Origin: the human T2T-CHM13v2.0 reference genome, Homo sapiens
NCBI RefSeq assembly: GCF_009914755.1
Contig: NC_060926.1
Length of the DNA stretch: 64,000 nucleotides
Reading direction: 5' to 3' (one strand)
Within the stretch, counting starts at the first letter, position 1, and every line of letters begins with the position of its first letter. The position numbers were made by a program, and so were the translations under genes. The notes under the pieces were generated by a model. That model saw only the letters and a list, made by a program, of their open reading frames with translations, was not told where the DNA came from and did not search any database. Shown piece after piece: positions 33,643 through 47,935 of this stretch.

Positions 33643-36600
33643 ATGAGGAAGTAAGAAGAGGCTGAATTCCTACATAATCCAGATGCTTCCTGTGAGCTGC
33701 CACTAAGCTCTGCTCTGCTGGAAGCTCACGTGGGAAGAGTCTGCCTGGCACAGCTTCCCCAGGCCCCATCTCCCCTTGGAAAGGGCAGACACCAAGGCTG
33801 GGGAGGAGGCAGAGGGGAGCCACATGGCCACAGAGGCCAGCAGGGGTTCCCCAGGACGGAGGAGCTAAAAAGTAATCTGGGAAACTCAAACCTGCCCCAA
33901 GAATTCTGGGAGTTGAAGGGCACAGACACCAGACCAAGAGCAAACCACATCCCAAGAAGCGTTTACCCACTGGGGCCAGGGCAGGAGGCCTGGGTCTCAG
34001 GACAGCTCCCAGCTCTGAGATTGGCAGAAGTATAGACGTCCCGCAGTTCACAGCAATGTCTTCCGCAGCTGAGAGGGTCTCCGTGCATGTGTCAGCCATC
34101 TGCAAATCTGACAGTGCTCGAATATTTTTTGATTCAGCAGTGGAGTAACTTTACATTCTAAGGGAGCCCATTGACTTGTAGAAAGGACAGGTGTGGTTAT
34201 GTTCTGGCACCACATAAACATGGAGGGAAATTGCAGAATGAGCCGCTGTTCTTTCCCTCAGATGCGTGAGGATGGGCATCGCGTCACGGGGAGACAGTCT
34301 CATCCCAAATCCCACCTTTGCCATCAGGTAGGGAGCATGAGCCCCAGGTTAGAAGCTGTCAGTGTCTGTTAACAATCACGTCCAGCTGGCCCGCCTAGGA
34401 CCCAAGGCAGGCTTTTTTGCAAGCTACGTGTGGGCAAATGAATCCATCCTTGCTCCGTTGTGCCTCACGAAAACATGCAATTTTAAAATAAAGCCGCAGA
34501 AGTTTAATAGATGCGTTAAATAGTTAATGCATTATGTAGGAGTAAATCATAGAACTTGGACTCAATGTTTCTATGGTATATAAACATCAGCATACTTGTT
34601 TTCAATGTATTCAAATAATGTGTATTTTCCAAATGAGACTTGCTATCCGTTCCAGACCCTGTACTCACTTGCTGTTGGAACATTATCAAGGCTCATTTTC
34701 GTCATCTGAAAGGTGGAAACAATAGTAGGTGCCTCATAAAGATGCCGTAAGGACTCAACACCTGCCAGCTTTATCTGTTTTAAGATCTATTGATAATTAG
34801 AGTTCACATACAGGAGCCTCAGCTGAGGAAAAAATCCAGTTCTGTTTATATTTGCCACAGTATCTTGTCTCTGCAAATTCCCTCAATTCAGAGATTATCA
34901 CTGCTTCCCAACCAAGTTATCCCATTTTTACTGCAGGAAAACACAAGAAGCACAAATCTGAAACATAGGGCATGACATGGGAGTTACTGACTTCCATAGG
35001 TATGTGAGGATGCCTTCCCTGAGTGCCCTGAGTGCCTGCAGATGCCGTGGCCCAGGAGGAAGATACACCATTCCCTCCCCAGGCAAGCCCTGAAAGTTTG
35101 GCAGAGCCGTGCTCCAGTGCAGAGGGACTCCCATCTCAAAGTTTGTAGCTCCAGCTGCAGCTCAAATTCAGGCTGGAAAGACATAGCCAGCTCTCGGCCC
35201 TCTGCTGTTCCTGAGTCTGAGGAAAAGCACAGAGGCTCATTCTAGTCTGTGCTGGAGTGTGGCCTGTGGAGGCAGAGCTGGGAGGCCCTGCTGCATCTCT
35301 GGTCCTCGTTGTTGCTCTCCCAGCCTCCAAGCCTCCCACCCCCGGGTCCTGATGCAGGGGAAGGGGCTCCTCCATCCTCCTCTCTCTGCCTGGCAGTTGG
35401 CTCCTCTGCTTTGCCCATCAGAGGTGTGTGTTTTCCGATCCTCTCTGCACAACCCCCGATGTTGTCTCTCCTTCCATCAGCCCCCAGCAGAGCATTTTCA
35501 AACCCAGACACATGTCAGAAGCTCCTTTATCCAGCTCCCATGGGGCGTACCTGGGGTCAAAACTTCCAGAGTTCCAAATATGCACCTTGTGCAGAAAAAA
35601 GTACTTCCCATGCCACAAACAAAGGGTACAAGAAAAGTAGTGTTCCGCACATTTTCAGGCATGCAACTTCATCTCTTGGTTAAGCTCCACTTCCAGACAG
35701 TGAAGGAAAATAAATCCAGTCAACTCCAAGAAAAACCAGGCATAGTTTTCATTCCTCCCTCACTCAGGGATGACTCCGGTGAGGGACAGGACTGTGGCCA
35801 GGGCTTCTGTCTTTTCCCCACTCTCTGCTGGCATCTCCCCATCAGTCCTAGGGGAACCACAGATGCCTGCTGGCACCCAGTGATGTGTGGTGGCCTCCCT
35901 GTATCCTGCAGGCAGCCTGGGGCCCATCTCCTGACTGCCGCGCTGCCCACAAACTACTGTTGCCTTTGGATCACTTCTATGCCAGCTCTGGCACGGCTGG
36001 AAACTTGTGGGTTTCAATCAGGCCATCTCCCCAGACACCCACACCCCACGCCTGCCTGGCTTCCCACTGCAAACAAGGCTGGCCACCACCCGGCACCAGC
36101 TCAGAAGCAAAGACCACTCCATGGGTTCTCAGACCTCACCCAGTGGGCGGCTCCTGTTGTGGCCCCAGCATTGCAGACATCACAGGCGGAGACCTCTGTC
36201 CCTTCTCTGCCTCCCCACAGCTCAGCATTTATCTAGCTGGGCAGGGAGGGTCTGGACAAAACTGCAGTGGGAGAGGTCATGAATATCACCTGGTTCATGT
36301 GCAGGCAAGCCCTGGTTTCCTCCTGCACCGCTTGCGTGGGGGTCTCTATCTCTGGCTTTGTGGGGGTGCCCTTCCCCCAAGGAATGGGGTGCTGGGGCCA
36401 AGGCTCTCCTTGCAGCCCAGCTGAGGATTGCAGGGGCCAGGGAGTGCGGAGAAGGTGCCTGGAAGGTTGTGCCCCCTCACCTGCAGCCATGACCCAGGAC
36501 TGACAGAGGGTGGGGGGCGCTGGCACCAAACTCCTTGAGCAGCCACTGCCAGGCCCCTGAGGAAGCTCCAGGCCCAGGAGGCTGGGCTCTCCCTGCAGCC

Positions 36601-36969
36601 AGGCCCTCACCTCCTCTGCAAGCCACGCTCACATTCTCCTTTCCAGGAACCAGACCAGAGACATTTCTTCCCTCTTCTGTTTCTTGGAGACCAGCCCCAC
36701 CTTCCCTGCAGGTGCATTTCCCAGGTGGCGGCTGCAGTTGTTTCTGCAGGACAGGACTCTGGGTTCACCCATGCCCTCCTCTGTTCAGCCATCCCTCCCT
36801 TGTCTGCCCCAGGTGAGTCCTCATGAAATGTCCAGCCCCCCCGAGGGAGGCAGAGCCACGTGCTCTCCAAGCCCTCCTGGGCATCATCACCAGATTGCAT
36901 TTTCTGCGCGGAGCTTCTCCAGCAGCATCAGCAGCCTGACGATGGGCTTCCAACTCTGGCCTTTCCAAT

Positions 36970-37288
36970 ACAGCAGCCCCCTTATCCAAAGGAGAATCTT
37001 TCCAAGACCCCAGTGGACACCTGAAGCCATGGAGAGAACAAGTCCTATGTATGCTGTGTTTTCCTACACACATACCCACGGTGAAGCTTAGTTTATAAAT
37101 TAGGCATAGTAAGAGATCCACCATAACTGATAATAAAACAGAACAATTATAACAATACCCAGAATGATGCATGATTTAAAACCGATGAGTTGTTTATTTC
37201 TGGAATTTTTCATGTAATATTTTCAGACTGAGGTTAACCACAGGGAACTGAAACTGCAGAAAGCAAATCTGAAGATCAGAGGCCCTGT
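36970..37288 (-). mobile_element. MER44/Tigger7-type DNA transposon relic
   Basis: TA-CAG..CCCCTTATCC terminus; TTGTTTATTTCTGGAATTTTTCAT...AACTGAAACTGCAGAAAGCAAA resembles the MER44 end. Confidence 0.7.
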
Positions 37289-37787
37289 TGCCCACCCTTT
37301 CCATCTCTGCAGATCTCCAGTGCCTCGGGAGCCTCTCCCATCCCAGGGCCTGGGGCTCCTGCCTCCTCCCCATGTGGCCTCAATCTGCCTTCCTTGCATG
37401 AATTTCTCTGAAGGACACCTGTCTTCACTCACTCACACCTCTCTAGGAGCACCAGGTTCTGCAAATAGGAACAAGGCACATCAACGGGTGCACAGGAAAA
37501 TCCTTACATGGAAATCTTACTTGTTATTTGACATTCATGTTTAGGTGAGTGTCCTGCATTTTACTGGTAGCCCCACTTAATGGGAGCTGCCACCCATGGC
37601 CGCCACCCTTCCCTCTTCTCCAGCCAGACGCCCCTGGGCTCTCTTCCCCTTCCCAGTGTGGACATTCTTGACCTTTATTTTCAGCCCTCATGTGGCACTG
37701 TCCCTGTCTATTTTCTGCAGTAGCTTCTTGCATTTAGAAAAAATTATGTTTGAAATGTTATTATCAAAGATAGGGGAGAGGCTCCTA

Positions 37788-38222
<435 letters not shown>

Positions 38223-40116
38223 AAATATTTGTGACTTTACATTACATGCGTCTCAAAAAAAAAAAAAAACAAATTTCACTTATGATGTGCAAAATTGCCC
38301 AAGCAGCACAAATGAAAACGTAAATTTCCTTCACGTTTCAGTGGAACTGATGCAGGTTTTTATTGTAGCTGTTAGTTTATCCAAGATTTTTATCAGCAAG
38401 AATTGAAAATTAACTTCATGTGGAGTCTTCATGTCTTGTCAAGTCAGACATTAATGGGTAAGCCAAAGGGGATCTTTTTAAAATGCCTTTTTCTTTTTAC
38501 AAAAATCTCAAAAGCTGGATTCCTTTCTAATCATGTATCCTTGTGGCAAAAAATCCAGCAATACAAGTAAAAAGGACATTCCTTTTCCAAGCCTTCCTCG
38601 TGGCCTGAAGTAACTGTGGTGCGTCATAGTCTCCTGTGCTGACTTTCCAACCTGATGTCTGTCCTTGTAGGTCTGGATACTCCTCACCTTGCTGTAAGCT
38701 CAGAGAGCTTCGCCTCCAGTCCCCTCCAGGAGACTGAGGCTCCCATCAGCAGAGCCTCCCATATCTGTGCCTGCAGGTTGGCCTGAGCTGTAGGCAGCGT
38801 GCACATCACAATCACCCTGCTGAAAGAAAGTCACCCTGATAAAAGTAAAACTTTAGGCAAAACACATTGAAGTGAGTTTACTTGACCATTAGAAGACTCG
38901 TGAATTGGGCAGCACTCGGAAACAGAGGAGGTTCAGAGAAGAGCGAGGGCAGTGACCTCTCAGATGGATGGGGAAGGAAGACAGAGACAATGCACCCAAT
39001 CAGTTAGAGCAGGAGCCCCAGCCACAGGGGAGTTGGTGGTTTCTGATTAGTAAAGTCGCTAGTTCTCTTTTTCTGTTTACAATGGGCTTTGGTTTGCTCA
39101 CTCAAGAACCCCAGCCCTGGAGCCTTCCCAGCCTAGTGTCCTCCCAGCGAGAATGCTGACACTACCCACCAGGCAGCTACACCCATGACCCAGCCAGGCC
39201 AGCTACAGCCCCATAGCTCCCCTCAGGACCAGACAAGCAGAGCCTGCACAGCCCTGAGCTTCTCCCTCTGCCCATCCTGCTACCTCCTCCTCCTGGCATG
39301 GGTTTGATCCCTAATAAGCATTCTGTACCTCAAATCCTGCCTCAGTGTCTTCTGCCAGAGTGTGGGCTGAGCAGGTGCCTTGAACCAATATCTCAGTGAT
39401 GACCTCCCAGGAAACTCTAGCCTGCAAAGCCACTCTGCAGCACATCCTGAAAGTACACACCCCTGTGGGTATTTGTCTGACTGTTAGGATAAATTCCAGA
39501 TTTGGAACTGTGGGTCCAAGGGTATAGGTTAGGAGTCAAAGGGCACTGAGTGCCGCGAGCCAGCCATTTACTCAGAGATCCTACCGAGCAAGCCATGAGA
39601 CAAAAGCCAGCCAGACCCACGCAGGCTGTGTGAGTGGGCAGGTGGAGGGCACCCAAATGCTGCTTCCTGGATGCTCCTCATCTGGATCAGAGAATGTTGC
39701 ACAGACTTCAGGATGAAAGGGCTGACGGTTACCTCTGGCCACATCTCCATCCTGTGGATTCCGTATGCAGCCAAGTGGGCCCCAAGCCTCTCCACCTAAC
39801 CAATGCCTCAGATGCAAGTGGCCCAGGGCTCATCCAGGGACCACCTGTAAAGGCCACCCTGCCCAGTGAGCTGTGGTCGGCATCCACGGGAGGACTCCCT
39901 GACTCTGGGGGCAGATAGTGGAAGAGGAAGAGTACCCCCTAAATCCCACAGGGAAGGCACAGGAAGCAAGACTGCTGGTAATGCCTGGCCCCGTGGAATC
40001 TCCAGACCCCGAAGGACCTGCTTAGGAAGAGACGGGAGCACAGAGCAAGCAGGGAGCCAGCCAGTCTGGGAGCCAACACGGAGCCAAGGGGGGTGGGGGA
40101 TTTCCTGTTTCCTCAG

Positions 40117-40483
40117 TGAATTAGTCCATTTTCGTGCTACTGATAAAGACATACCCGAGACTGGTCAATTTATATAAAGGAAAAGAGGGTTAATGGGCTC
40201 ACAAATTCATATGGCTGGGGAGGCCTCACAATCATGGCAGAAGGTGAAAGGCATGTCTTACATGGTGGCAGGCAAGAGAAAATAAGAGCCAAGCAAAGGG
40301 GGAAACTTCTTATAAAACCATCAGATCTCATGAGACTTACTCAGCACCAACCAGGAGAACAGTAGGGGAAAAACTGCCCCCAGGATTTAATTATCTCCCA
40401 CTGGGTCCCTCCCACAGCACCTGGGAATTATGGGAGCTACAATTCAAGATGAGATTGAGGGGGGACACATCCGAACCATATCA
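40117..40483 (-). mobile_element. THE1-type MaLR solo LTR
   Basis: ATTAGTCCATTTTC..GATAAAGACATACCCGAGACTGG...GAACCATATCA. Confidence 0.9.
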
Positions 40484-40514
40484 CCCCATATTTTGTACAT
40501 CTTGAATTTGGAAA

Positions 40515-40810
40515 CTGAGCGCCAGTTTGTTTCTCCAGAAAGGTTCCCATCTGCATTTCCACCAGTGGTGAATGTGTGAGTCCTTCATTTCCGGCATCCT
40601 CATTGGAGCCACCATTATTGCATCTTTAGTCACTCGCAATATGGGAAAAGATAATGTCTCATTGATACTTAACCTGCGTTTCCTGTATCACTATGTTTTT
40701 AGAAAGATATATTTGCATTTTTTCCTTTGTTTTATGAATTGCCTGCTCATGACCTAAGCCCTTTTTTTAAGTGGTGTATTTAAGTGACTACCTTTACTTT
40801 GTGTTTCTCT
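40515..40810 (-). mobile_element. Ancient L1M fragment
   Basis: Degenerate similarity to the reverse complement of the L1 ORF2 3' region. Confidence 0.4.
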
Positions 40811-42023
40811 GTAACCCGCAGATGGACTGCCCAGCTCCATTCTTCTGGGGTGTGTGGGAGCTTGTCCGGGGTGCAGGGCAAGGCAATGTGAGAGCCAGCG
40901 GGGGCTCCGCTGGACACAGGCCATGCCCGGGCAGCCTGGCGATGCTTGGGTCAGTCCCCTTGTCCCACTGGAGGCCCAGATGGACACCACTTGCTCTCCC
41001 TCCTCCTACCATCGTGAGATAGAATGAAATTAAAGGTACTGCAGCAGCTCTGGGCTCTCCGTGGTTCAGCTGTGAGGACACAGTGGGGCCACAGCACAGC
41101 CCTCCTCAGCAGTGGTACCTCCATAGCAGTGGTGCCTGCTGTGTCTCAGAATTGTTGCAGGAGGCTGTGCTCACAAAAATGCCATGCACCGTGGGTGGGG
41201 GACACTGGGGAACAATGGGCTGGTGACCCTCAGAGTTCTTTGGAACTACCTGTGGCTGCAGCTGCCCCCTTACCATGTGAACTTCAGGACGCTTCTCTGT
41301 CAAGCAAGGCTCTTAGAAGAACGTGGTCCCGTGACAGTCCCGAGAGCGGCTCACAGATGGCTCCATCTCCCTCCTTCCGAGCACACCGTGGGTTCACATT
41401 TCACTGTGGTGTGACCACCTGGCATGCTTTAGTGGGAGTGGTGTGACCAGAGCACGCCGGGCCCCACCAAATCTCCCCTCTGCACGCAGTGGCAGCATGG
41501 AAACGGTGGCTGCCCCATCAGCCTGGGACCCTGCATGGTCAGGATGAGCACAGCCCCTTGACAAAGCTTGGGATGGGGGCCTGTCTGTTACTGCATTAAC
41601 CAGCCTGCACCAATTCAGAGTCTTCTCAACTTTCAGTTTTGGATATATGCAATCTTGCGTGAACTTATGCATGGAGTGGAGAATCTAATGTACCCATAGC
41701 TATGGATCTCCCGAGCACAGATCATGCCAAAGGTAAAACCCGTGTTGTATGTGATTCTGAAACTGGAAGTGGAGGGGCTAAGAGACACCAGGCAAGCATT
41801 TTTTTCACCCTGGAATGCACATGTACAGACCTTGCCAGGTGTTCTCCTTAGATTCCTATCACCTGTGTTGCACGCTGTCTCAAGGGAGGAAATGTGTTCT
41901 CCTTAGCCAATTGTGGTAATGCAGTAGCCCATTCTACATCTTTGGTACCCAAAGAGGAGTAGTCAGGGCCTCCTCTGCTGTGACCCAGTGAGAGGAAGAT
42001 TCCTGCTCTCTTTTACTGCAGCC

Positions 42024-42399
42024 TGTTTGGGACTGAACTGTGTCCCCAGGGTTCCTAAGTTAAAGGGCTGACCCCCAGCATTTCAGAATGTACCTGGAGA
42101 TAAGGTTGTCAAAGAGGTAATTAAGTTAAAGTAAGGCCATTAGGTTTGGCCCTAGTTACATACAACTGGTGTCTTTAATAAGAAGAGGAGATTAGGACAC
42201 AGACACACACACAGGGATGACTGTGTGAAGACGCAGGGGAAGGTGACCAGCCAGGGAGAGAGGCCTCAGAATGAAAACAACCCGGCCAACATCTGACTCT
42301 TGGACGTTTGGTCTCCAGAACTGTGAAGAAACAAATGTCCGTGGTTTAAACCACCCAGTCTGTGGTACTTTGTTATGGCAGTCCCAGGAAATTCATACA
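42024..42399 (+). mobile_element. MLT1(A/B)-type MaLR solo LTR
   Basis: TGT..GGACTGAACTGTGTCCCC...GAGAGGCCTCAGAA...CCAGTCTGTGGTACTTTGTTATGGCAG...ATACA. Confidence 0.85.
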
Positions 42400-42587
42400 C
42401 GGTCATTTCTTTCTTTCTAGAAGGCTGCAGCATTGGTTTTCTATTAAATCATTCTATTGAATTTATCACAAAAAGTAAGGTATTTTATAATCCAGTCCTT
42501 TTTTCTTACCTTTCAAGATTAATTTTATAGCGCTGGTTATTATCTGTAGTTCACCCTTACAATAATTCAATCAGTTATTTAAATATG

Positions 42588-43175
42588 TCATTCATTTATT
42601 CACTTCATTCTTTTATCCATCGACCCATTCACACATGTACCCACGCAGCCATCCATTCCTTTATTCACTCATCCATGCATCCCACCCACCCACCCGCATA
42701 GACATCGAGTCATCCATCGGCCCATTCACCCATCCACCCATTCAATCATCATTCGCCTATCCATCCATTCATCATCCACCCACCCATTTATCCATTATCC
42801 ACCCACCCATCCACCCATTCATCCATCCATTCATCCATCCACTCATTCATTCATCCATCCATCCATTTATCCATCCATCCATCCATCATCCACCCACCCA
42901 TTAATCACTCACACACATATCCATCCATCCATCATCCATTCACTCATCCATGCACCCACACATCCATCCATTCATCATCCATCCACCCACTCGTTCATCC
43001 ACCCATTCACCCATCCACCCCCTCATCCATCCTTTTATTACTCACCCACCCATCCATCCATTCTTCATCCACCCATCTACTCATCTATCCATCCACTGAT
43101 CAGTTTCTCCATCCATCCATCCATTCACCCATTCATCCATCTATCCACCCACCACCTCCCCGCCCATCCATCCAT
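42588..43175. repeat. Degenerate (TCCA)n/(CATC)n simple repeat
   Basis: About 590 bp of CATC/CACC/CATT tetramers. Confidence 0.95.
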
Positions 43176-45599
43176 AATCAGAACCCACCCCACTCTCCCA
43201 GATTTCTTTCCACCCACCTTTTATCTCCCCCAGAACATTTCCTCATTATTTCAGCTTGTCAGGTGCCCTCTTCTGTTTTCTCACAGATTCACCCCCAAGA
43301 TTCTAATAGGGAATGTCTCCCACTCCACAGAAATTAATTGCTTCTTTATCTTCCTAACTCAACTATAACTTTTACAAAGTTAGGAAGAACATCTTATTCA
43401 TGTTCACACTTGTCAAGCACAGAACTTGACCCTAAAGAAGTTCTCAGTAATTATTTGGTTTATTCAAAAAGAAATATGAGTCATTTATTTTACTTAATAG
43501 AAGCAATATCCACTGGACGATATTCTAGATTAGGCTTCTTTTTAGACCTTTGTGGTTTTTTCTACAGTCACCACAATACAATCCCAAATCAGCTAGAAAG
43601 AAAACACGCATCCTTTCAAACTGTAATTTGGTCAAAACAACATTATTTCATTTTTAGTTTTGTTTTGTTGTTTCCCTAAATTGATTGACTTGGCTGGTTC
43701 ACCCTACTGTAACCTGTGTCTCTAATTCAACAGGAACGCACATTGCATCATTTTCTGGGGAAGCTCAATGCCTGCAAGTTGGGAGCTGTTTAGTGATATT
43801 CACATCCTCCTCTAGAAATTACTTAAGTGTATTTACCGACCTTCACCACTCAGATTAGGGAAATCCACTTGGCAAGGGAAGCCATGCATTCTAATGTGTA
43901 TAGATGCTAGGGCCTTTTATAGAAACTAACAATTTTGAACCTGATTGAAGTATTGGGCTTAAAAAAGTACCATTTTTTAAAATTTATTTTTCCAGGGCAC
44001 CTGTGTTACATTTTGTTATCTTTTTGTGACTATTGTAAGACACAAAGAACTTAGCTTAGCCATCCTATTATCCACGTGAATATTGTCCACTAACCAGGTC
44101 CTTCTCTGCTTCCAGACATGGTCTGGCTTGGACCTGCCATGCCTGGCTTGCAGCCCCCATCACCCCTGAGCAAGACACAGCCCTGGGCCTCTGAGATGCT
44201 CTTGCTGGCCATGGCTCTGCCTTGTGTTTTACAGAGCTCATCGGCCTGAGGGCATCTTCCTCTCTATTAATCTCACTTAGGGTCACAACATGCTGTGAAA
44301 CAAAGGACCAAATGCCATTCACAATATTACCCCTAGAAACTCCTTCAGGGACTGGAGTCATTTTCCTTTCAGTAATGTAAATACAAGCTCCTGTTCTGCC
44401 ATTAGCAAGTGGAAGGTGAAGACTATGGGAGAGGCCAAGGGTTTGGAATGAGATGAGCTTGCACCTTAGACAGGATGTTTCTCAAAGGAAGGAAGTACTT
44501 GTTTGGACCAGATCATTATTTGAAAGATCATCAGCCTGGAGGGAACATGAGTATGTATTTAGTCCTCACCACACTGTTTCATAAATGTATTATGTGCAGG
44601 ACAATGAAAAATTTATTTTGCTGCAGGTGGAGGTTGAGAGGCAGACACAGGCACTGGACATTGATGGAGAAGTGAGGGAAGGTGAGCAATGTAAGTATTG
44701 TGACTGCAAGGGTTTGTAAGGAAAATATGGCAACACAGACATGCAGCCCTCAAGACAAACGTTTCCACCGGGTTTACCAGTGGCTTTGATATCTGTTTAT
44801 GTTAATATTGACAAATTGTATGTGTACTATTACTTTCCAAATACCCTTAGAAATACATTCAAGTCAGCAAAGTATCTTTCTAAATACCACTTTGTTCGTA
44901 AAGGAACTGAGATCTGTACCTGGGGAAAGTGCCAAAACCTGAAGTTTGTTACTGGCAGTTGTGGAATATTCTACTGGAACATTGAGAAAAGGGGTGTGTT
45001 ATGGGGCTTGTGGAGACAGCTGAAAACTGGTGAAACATTTTTCAAAGTGCATCTCTGAATTGTTTCTCGAATTGACCAAGCAGATGTGTCCTTTGTGTAG
45101 TTGTCAATCTAACAAAAGCCAAATGTTTCATTTTCTTTCTTTTTAGAAATGGCACATTTATTTCTAAGAAGTCTTCCAAACTACCCCCTTTTCTTGTCTC
45201 TTAGCAGGTTGTTAGGTGATGCAGGCATTTCAGGAAAGTCACAAAGTTACTTGGTCATACCTCACCAAATATCAGTATTCTTAACACACAATATAAAACT
45301 GAGGCTATCAGAATATTTAATAAACCAGATGAGCACAACATCCTCTTAATGATCACTAATGTTTCCATTATCCCTTGTGGCAATTTAAATTCACTAAAAT
45401 AAGAACAATCATGCAACCTTCTTTTTGGCTTACATCAAGGAAGATTCCATTTCTATGAAACCCACATCTTCAAGATTACACTGTAAAGACAAATTGAACT
45501 AAAACTTTGAAGATTTCTACACAAATGCAAAGAATTCAGATCTGGGATTCCATCTTTTATTCTAATGCATACTTGATCTGGTTGTATTCTGAATCCTCC

Positions 45600-45830
45600 T
45601 TACAGGAATGTGATGTGGACTGACACGTAATTTGGAAACTACTAGAAGGCTCTTGAATGGAACCAGGGATTCTTCACACTTCATAGAGCAGCTGAAAGGG
45701 ACTTGAGCACTACTTGGGCCTTCTGACGCCAGAGTTACAGAATGTTCTTTTGCCAAATCATGGATGGCCACTCGAGCACACAGATATTCAGGATCCTCTT
45801 GTCCCCGTGTGCAGAGAGGCCTGGTGCTGG
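45600..45830. promoter_or_regulatory. TPO: Probable thyroid-specific TPO upstream enhancer (about -5.4 kb)
   Basis: Cluster of NKX2-1-like cores: CTCTTGA 45650, CACTTCA 45677, ACTTGAG 45701, TACTTGG 45711, CCACTCGA 45768. Position agrees with the known ~-5.5 kb human TPO enhancer; boundaries approximate. Confidence 0.65.
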
Positions 45831-46681
45831 ATATCGTTTATGTGAGTTGAGCGGATAGCTGAGGCTATGTGGATGCATGTAACTAGTTAGAGCATTTTAC
45901 TAAGTTAATGACCGAAATCAGAGCTCTCAGGTCACTACTGGAATCAGCTCCTCTCCCTGTGAAGTAGTTAACTGTGGTCATGATCTGCCCTCTGCACTTC
46001 CCAGTTAATTGCACCTGCTTCCTGTTTTCACGTGGGGAGAGCATCCTCACCCAGCCTTGGAAGCACTGACATTCGAGTTGTGCGTGGGCTGTTGATGAAT
46101 CCTGGGTCAGTGAGCTTAGCTGCCTAGGCAGGGTGGTAATTAGCGTACGGAGTTTTACAGGAGAATCTACTGCATAATTCATGAGGAAACTGAAACGCAA
46201 AAAAGATGTGTAGTTAAAGCCATGTGCTCCTGTGAGTGGGTGGGCACGTGCAGTCACTCTGCCTGCAATAGCAGAGGCGGAAGAGCCGCAGAGACCCGTG
46301 GGCTCAAGAAAAGTACATTCATTAATTAATTAATCTTATAACATAAAAACTTTTGATGTTCAATCGGCCTACTCAGACATTCCTCACCAAATAGAAGTAG
46401 GAAGGACACGGGGAAATGCAACTTTTCAATGAAGCATCCATCGGCAATTTAATGCCTTGTTTTGTCCACTTTTCCTTCTTGTGAAGAGTGTAATGTCGAA
46501 GTTAGAGCCACATCTCCACCTTTAGAAAGACGTGGCTGAAATGTCTGAAGGGCAGGAGAGGTGACCCTTGGTGAGAAGATGGCTCTTTGCTGATATAAGT
46601 CACCCCCGATGGCATGGGTCCCTGGTCAGGAGGCTGTTTTACATCCTTAGCTTGTAGAAACGCGAAGCACAGGGGAATGGT

Positions 46682-46812
46682 GTCCCCAGAGTCCATGAGA
46701 GGAGCTTCGCACAGGGACAGACTGCGGTCCCCAGAGTCCATGAGAGGAGCCTCACATGGGGACAGACTGCCGTCCCCAGAGTCCATGAGAGGAGCCTCGC
46801 ACGGGGACGTGA
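46682..46812. repeat. 45-bp tandem repeat x3
   Basis: GTCCCCAGAGTCCATGAGAGGAGC(C/T)TC(G/A)CA..GGGACAGACTGC units. Confidence 0.93.
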
Positions 46813-47467
46813 CTGCTGTCCCCAGATTCCAGACTCCTACCTCCTACTCAGAAAAACTGGAGCCATTAAAATGGTTACTGCTGAATGTGGAGCTTTTTGT
46901 GGTGTGAGAGAGCCCCATGTTTATTTCCTGAATTTCAATTAACAAAAACCCTCCTGTATTTGTCTTTAGTTTTATCTGACTCATATAAACTGGGAAATTA
47001 CCTACCTGAGTTTGAACAAAGCTGAATAATTTTTCAAATTTTACAGGGGAATTTAATTAAGTTTGAATGACAGCATTTTATTTTCCAGATTTGTTTTAAA
47101 ATGAATTGAGCTGTAATAAGAGTTGGAAGATAACACAGAGCTCCCAAACCTCCTTCACCCACCTGCTCAGTGTTAACTCTATGCACGGCCACAGCACAGC
47201 AACCAGGACCAGGGAGTGGACGTGGATCCAATGCTGGTGATTACATCTCAGAGCTCACCCTGGTATCCCCAGCTTTTCCATCTGCATCCTTTCCTCTTCC
47301 AGGATCCAGTCCTGGCACTGTGCAGCCCACGGCCGTCGGGGGTCATCAGGTCCCTGAGTCTCCTCTCATCCATGTTCATCTCTTAAAAAATAAACTTACA
47401 AATTTAAAAATACAAAAAACAGTGCGCGCACACACACACACACACATGCACGTGCACATACACACAC

Positions 47468-47935
47468 AAGCCAGGCACCAAAAGACAAACACCTCATGAT
47501 CTCCCTCCTATATGGAATCTAAAAGTGTCGAGCTCATGGAAGCAGAGAGTGGATGGTGGACACCTAGGGTTACGGGGCAGGTGCGGTGGGGGGCAGGTGT
47601 GGTGGGGGCTGGTGCCATGGGGGGGACAGGTGCCGTGAGGGGCAGAAAGATGCTGGTCAAAAGTGAGGGTTTCAGTTGCAGGATAAAAATGTTCTGGGAT
47701 CTAATGTATAGCTTGATGACTATTGTTTATTTGAAAATCGCTAGGAGAATAGATATTAAATGTTCCTATCACACACACAAAAGGATGAATACGTGAGGTG
47801 CTGTATATGTTAATTAGCTTGATTTAATCACCCCACAGTGTTTACATGTATGAAAACATCATGTGAACATAAATATGTATAATTTGTATTTGTTAATGAT
47901 AGCTTGATGAAGCTGGGGGCGAGGAAAACAAAAAC
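47468..47935 (+). mobile_element. L1MA-type 3' end fragment
   Basis: AAGCCAGGCAC.AAAAGACAAA...ATGTTAATTAGCTTGATTTAATCA...A-rich end. Confidence 0.75.

Noticed and set aside
38760-39365. Possible old LTR fragments (ERV1/LTR16-like)
   Set aside because: No clear termini or TSD
42635-42904. His/Pro/Ile-rich ORF
   Set aside because: Translation of the (TCCA)n simple repeat
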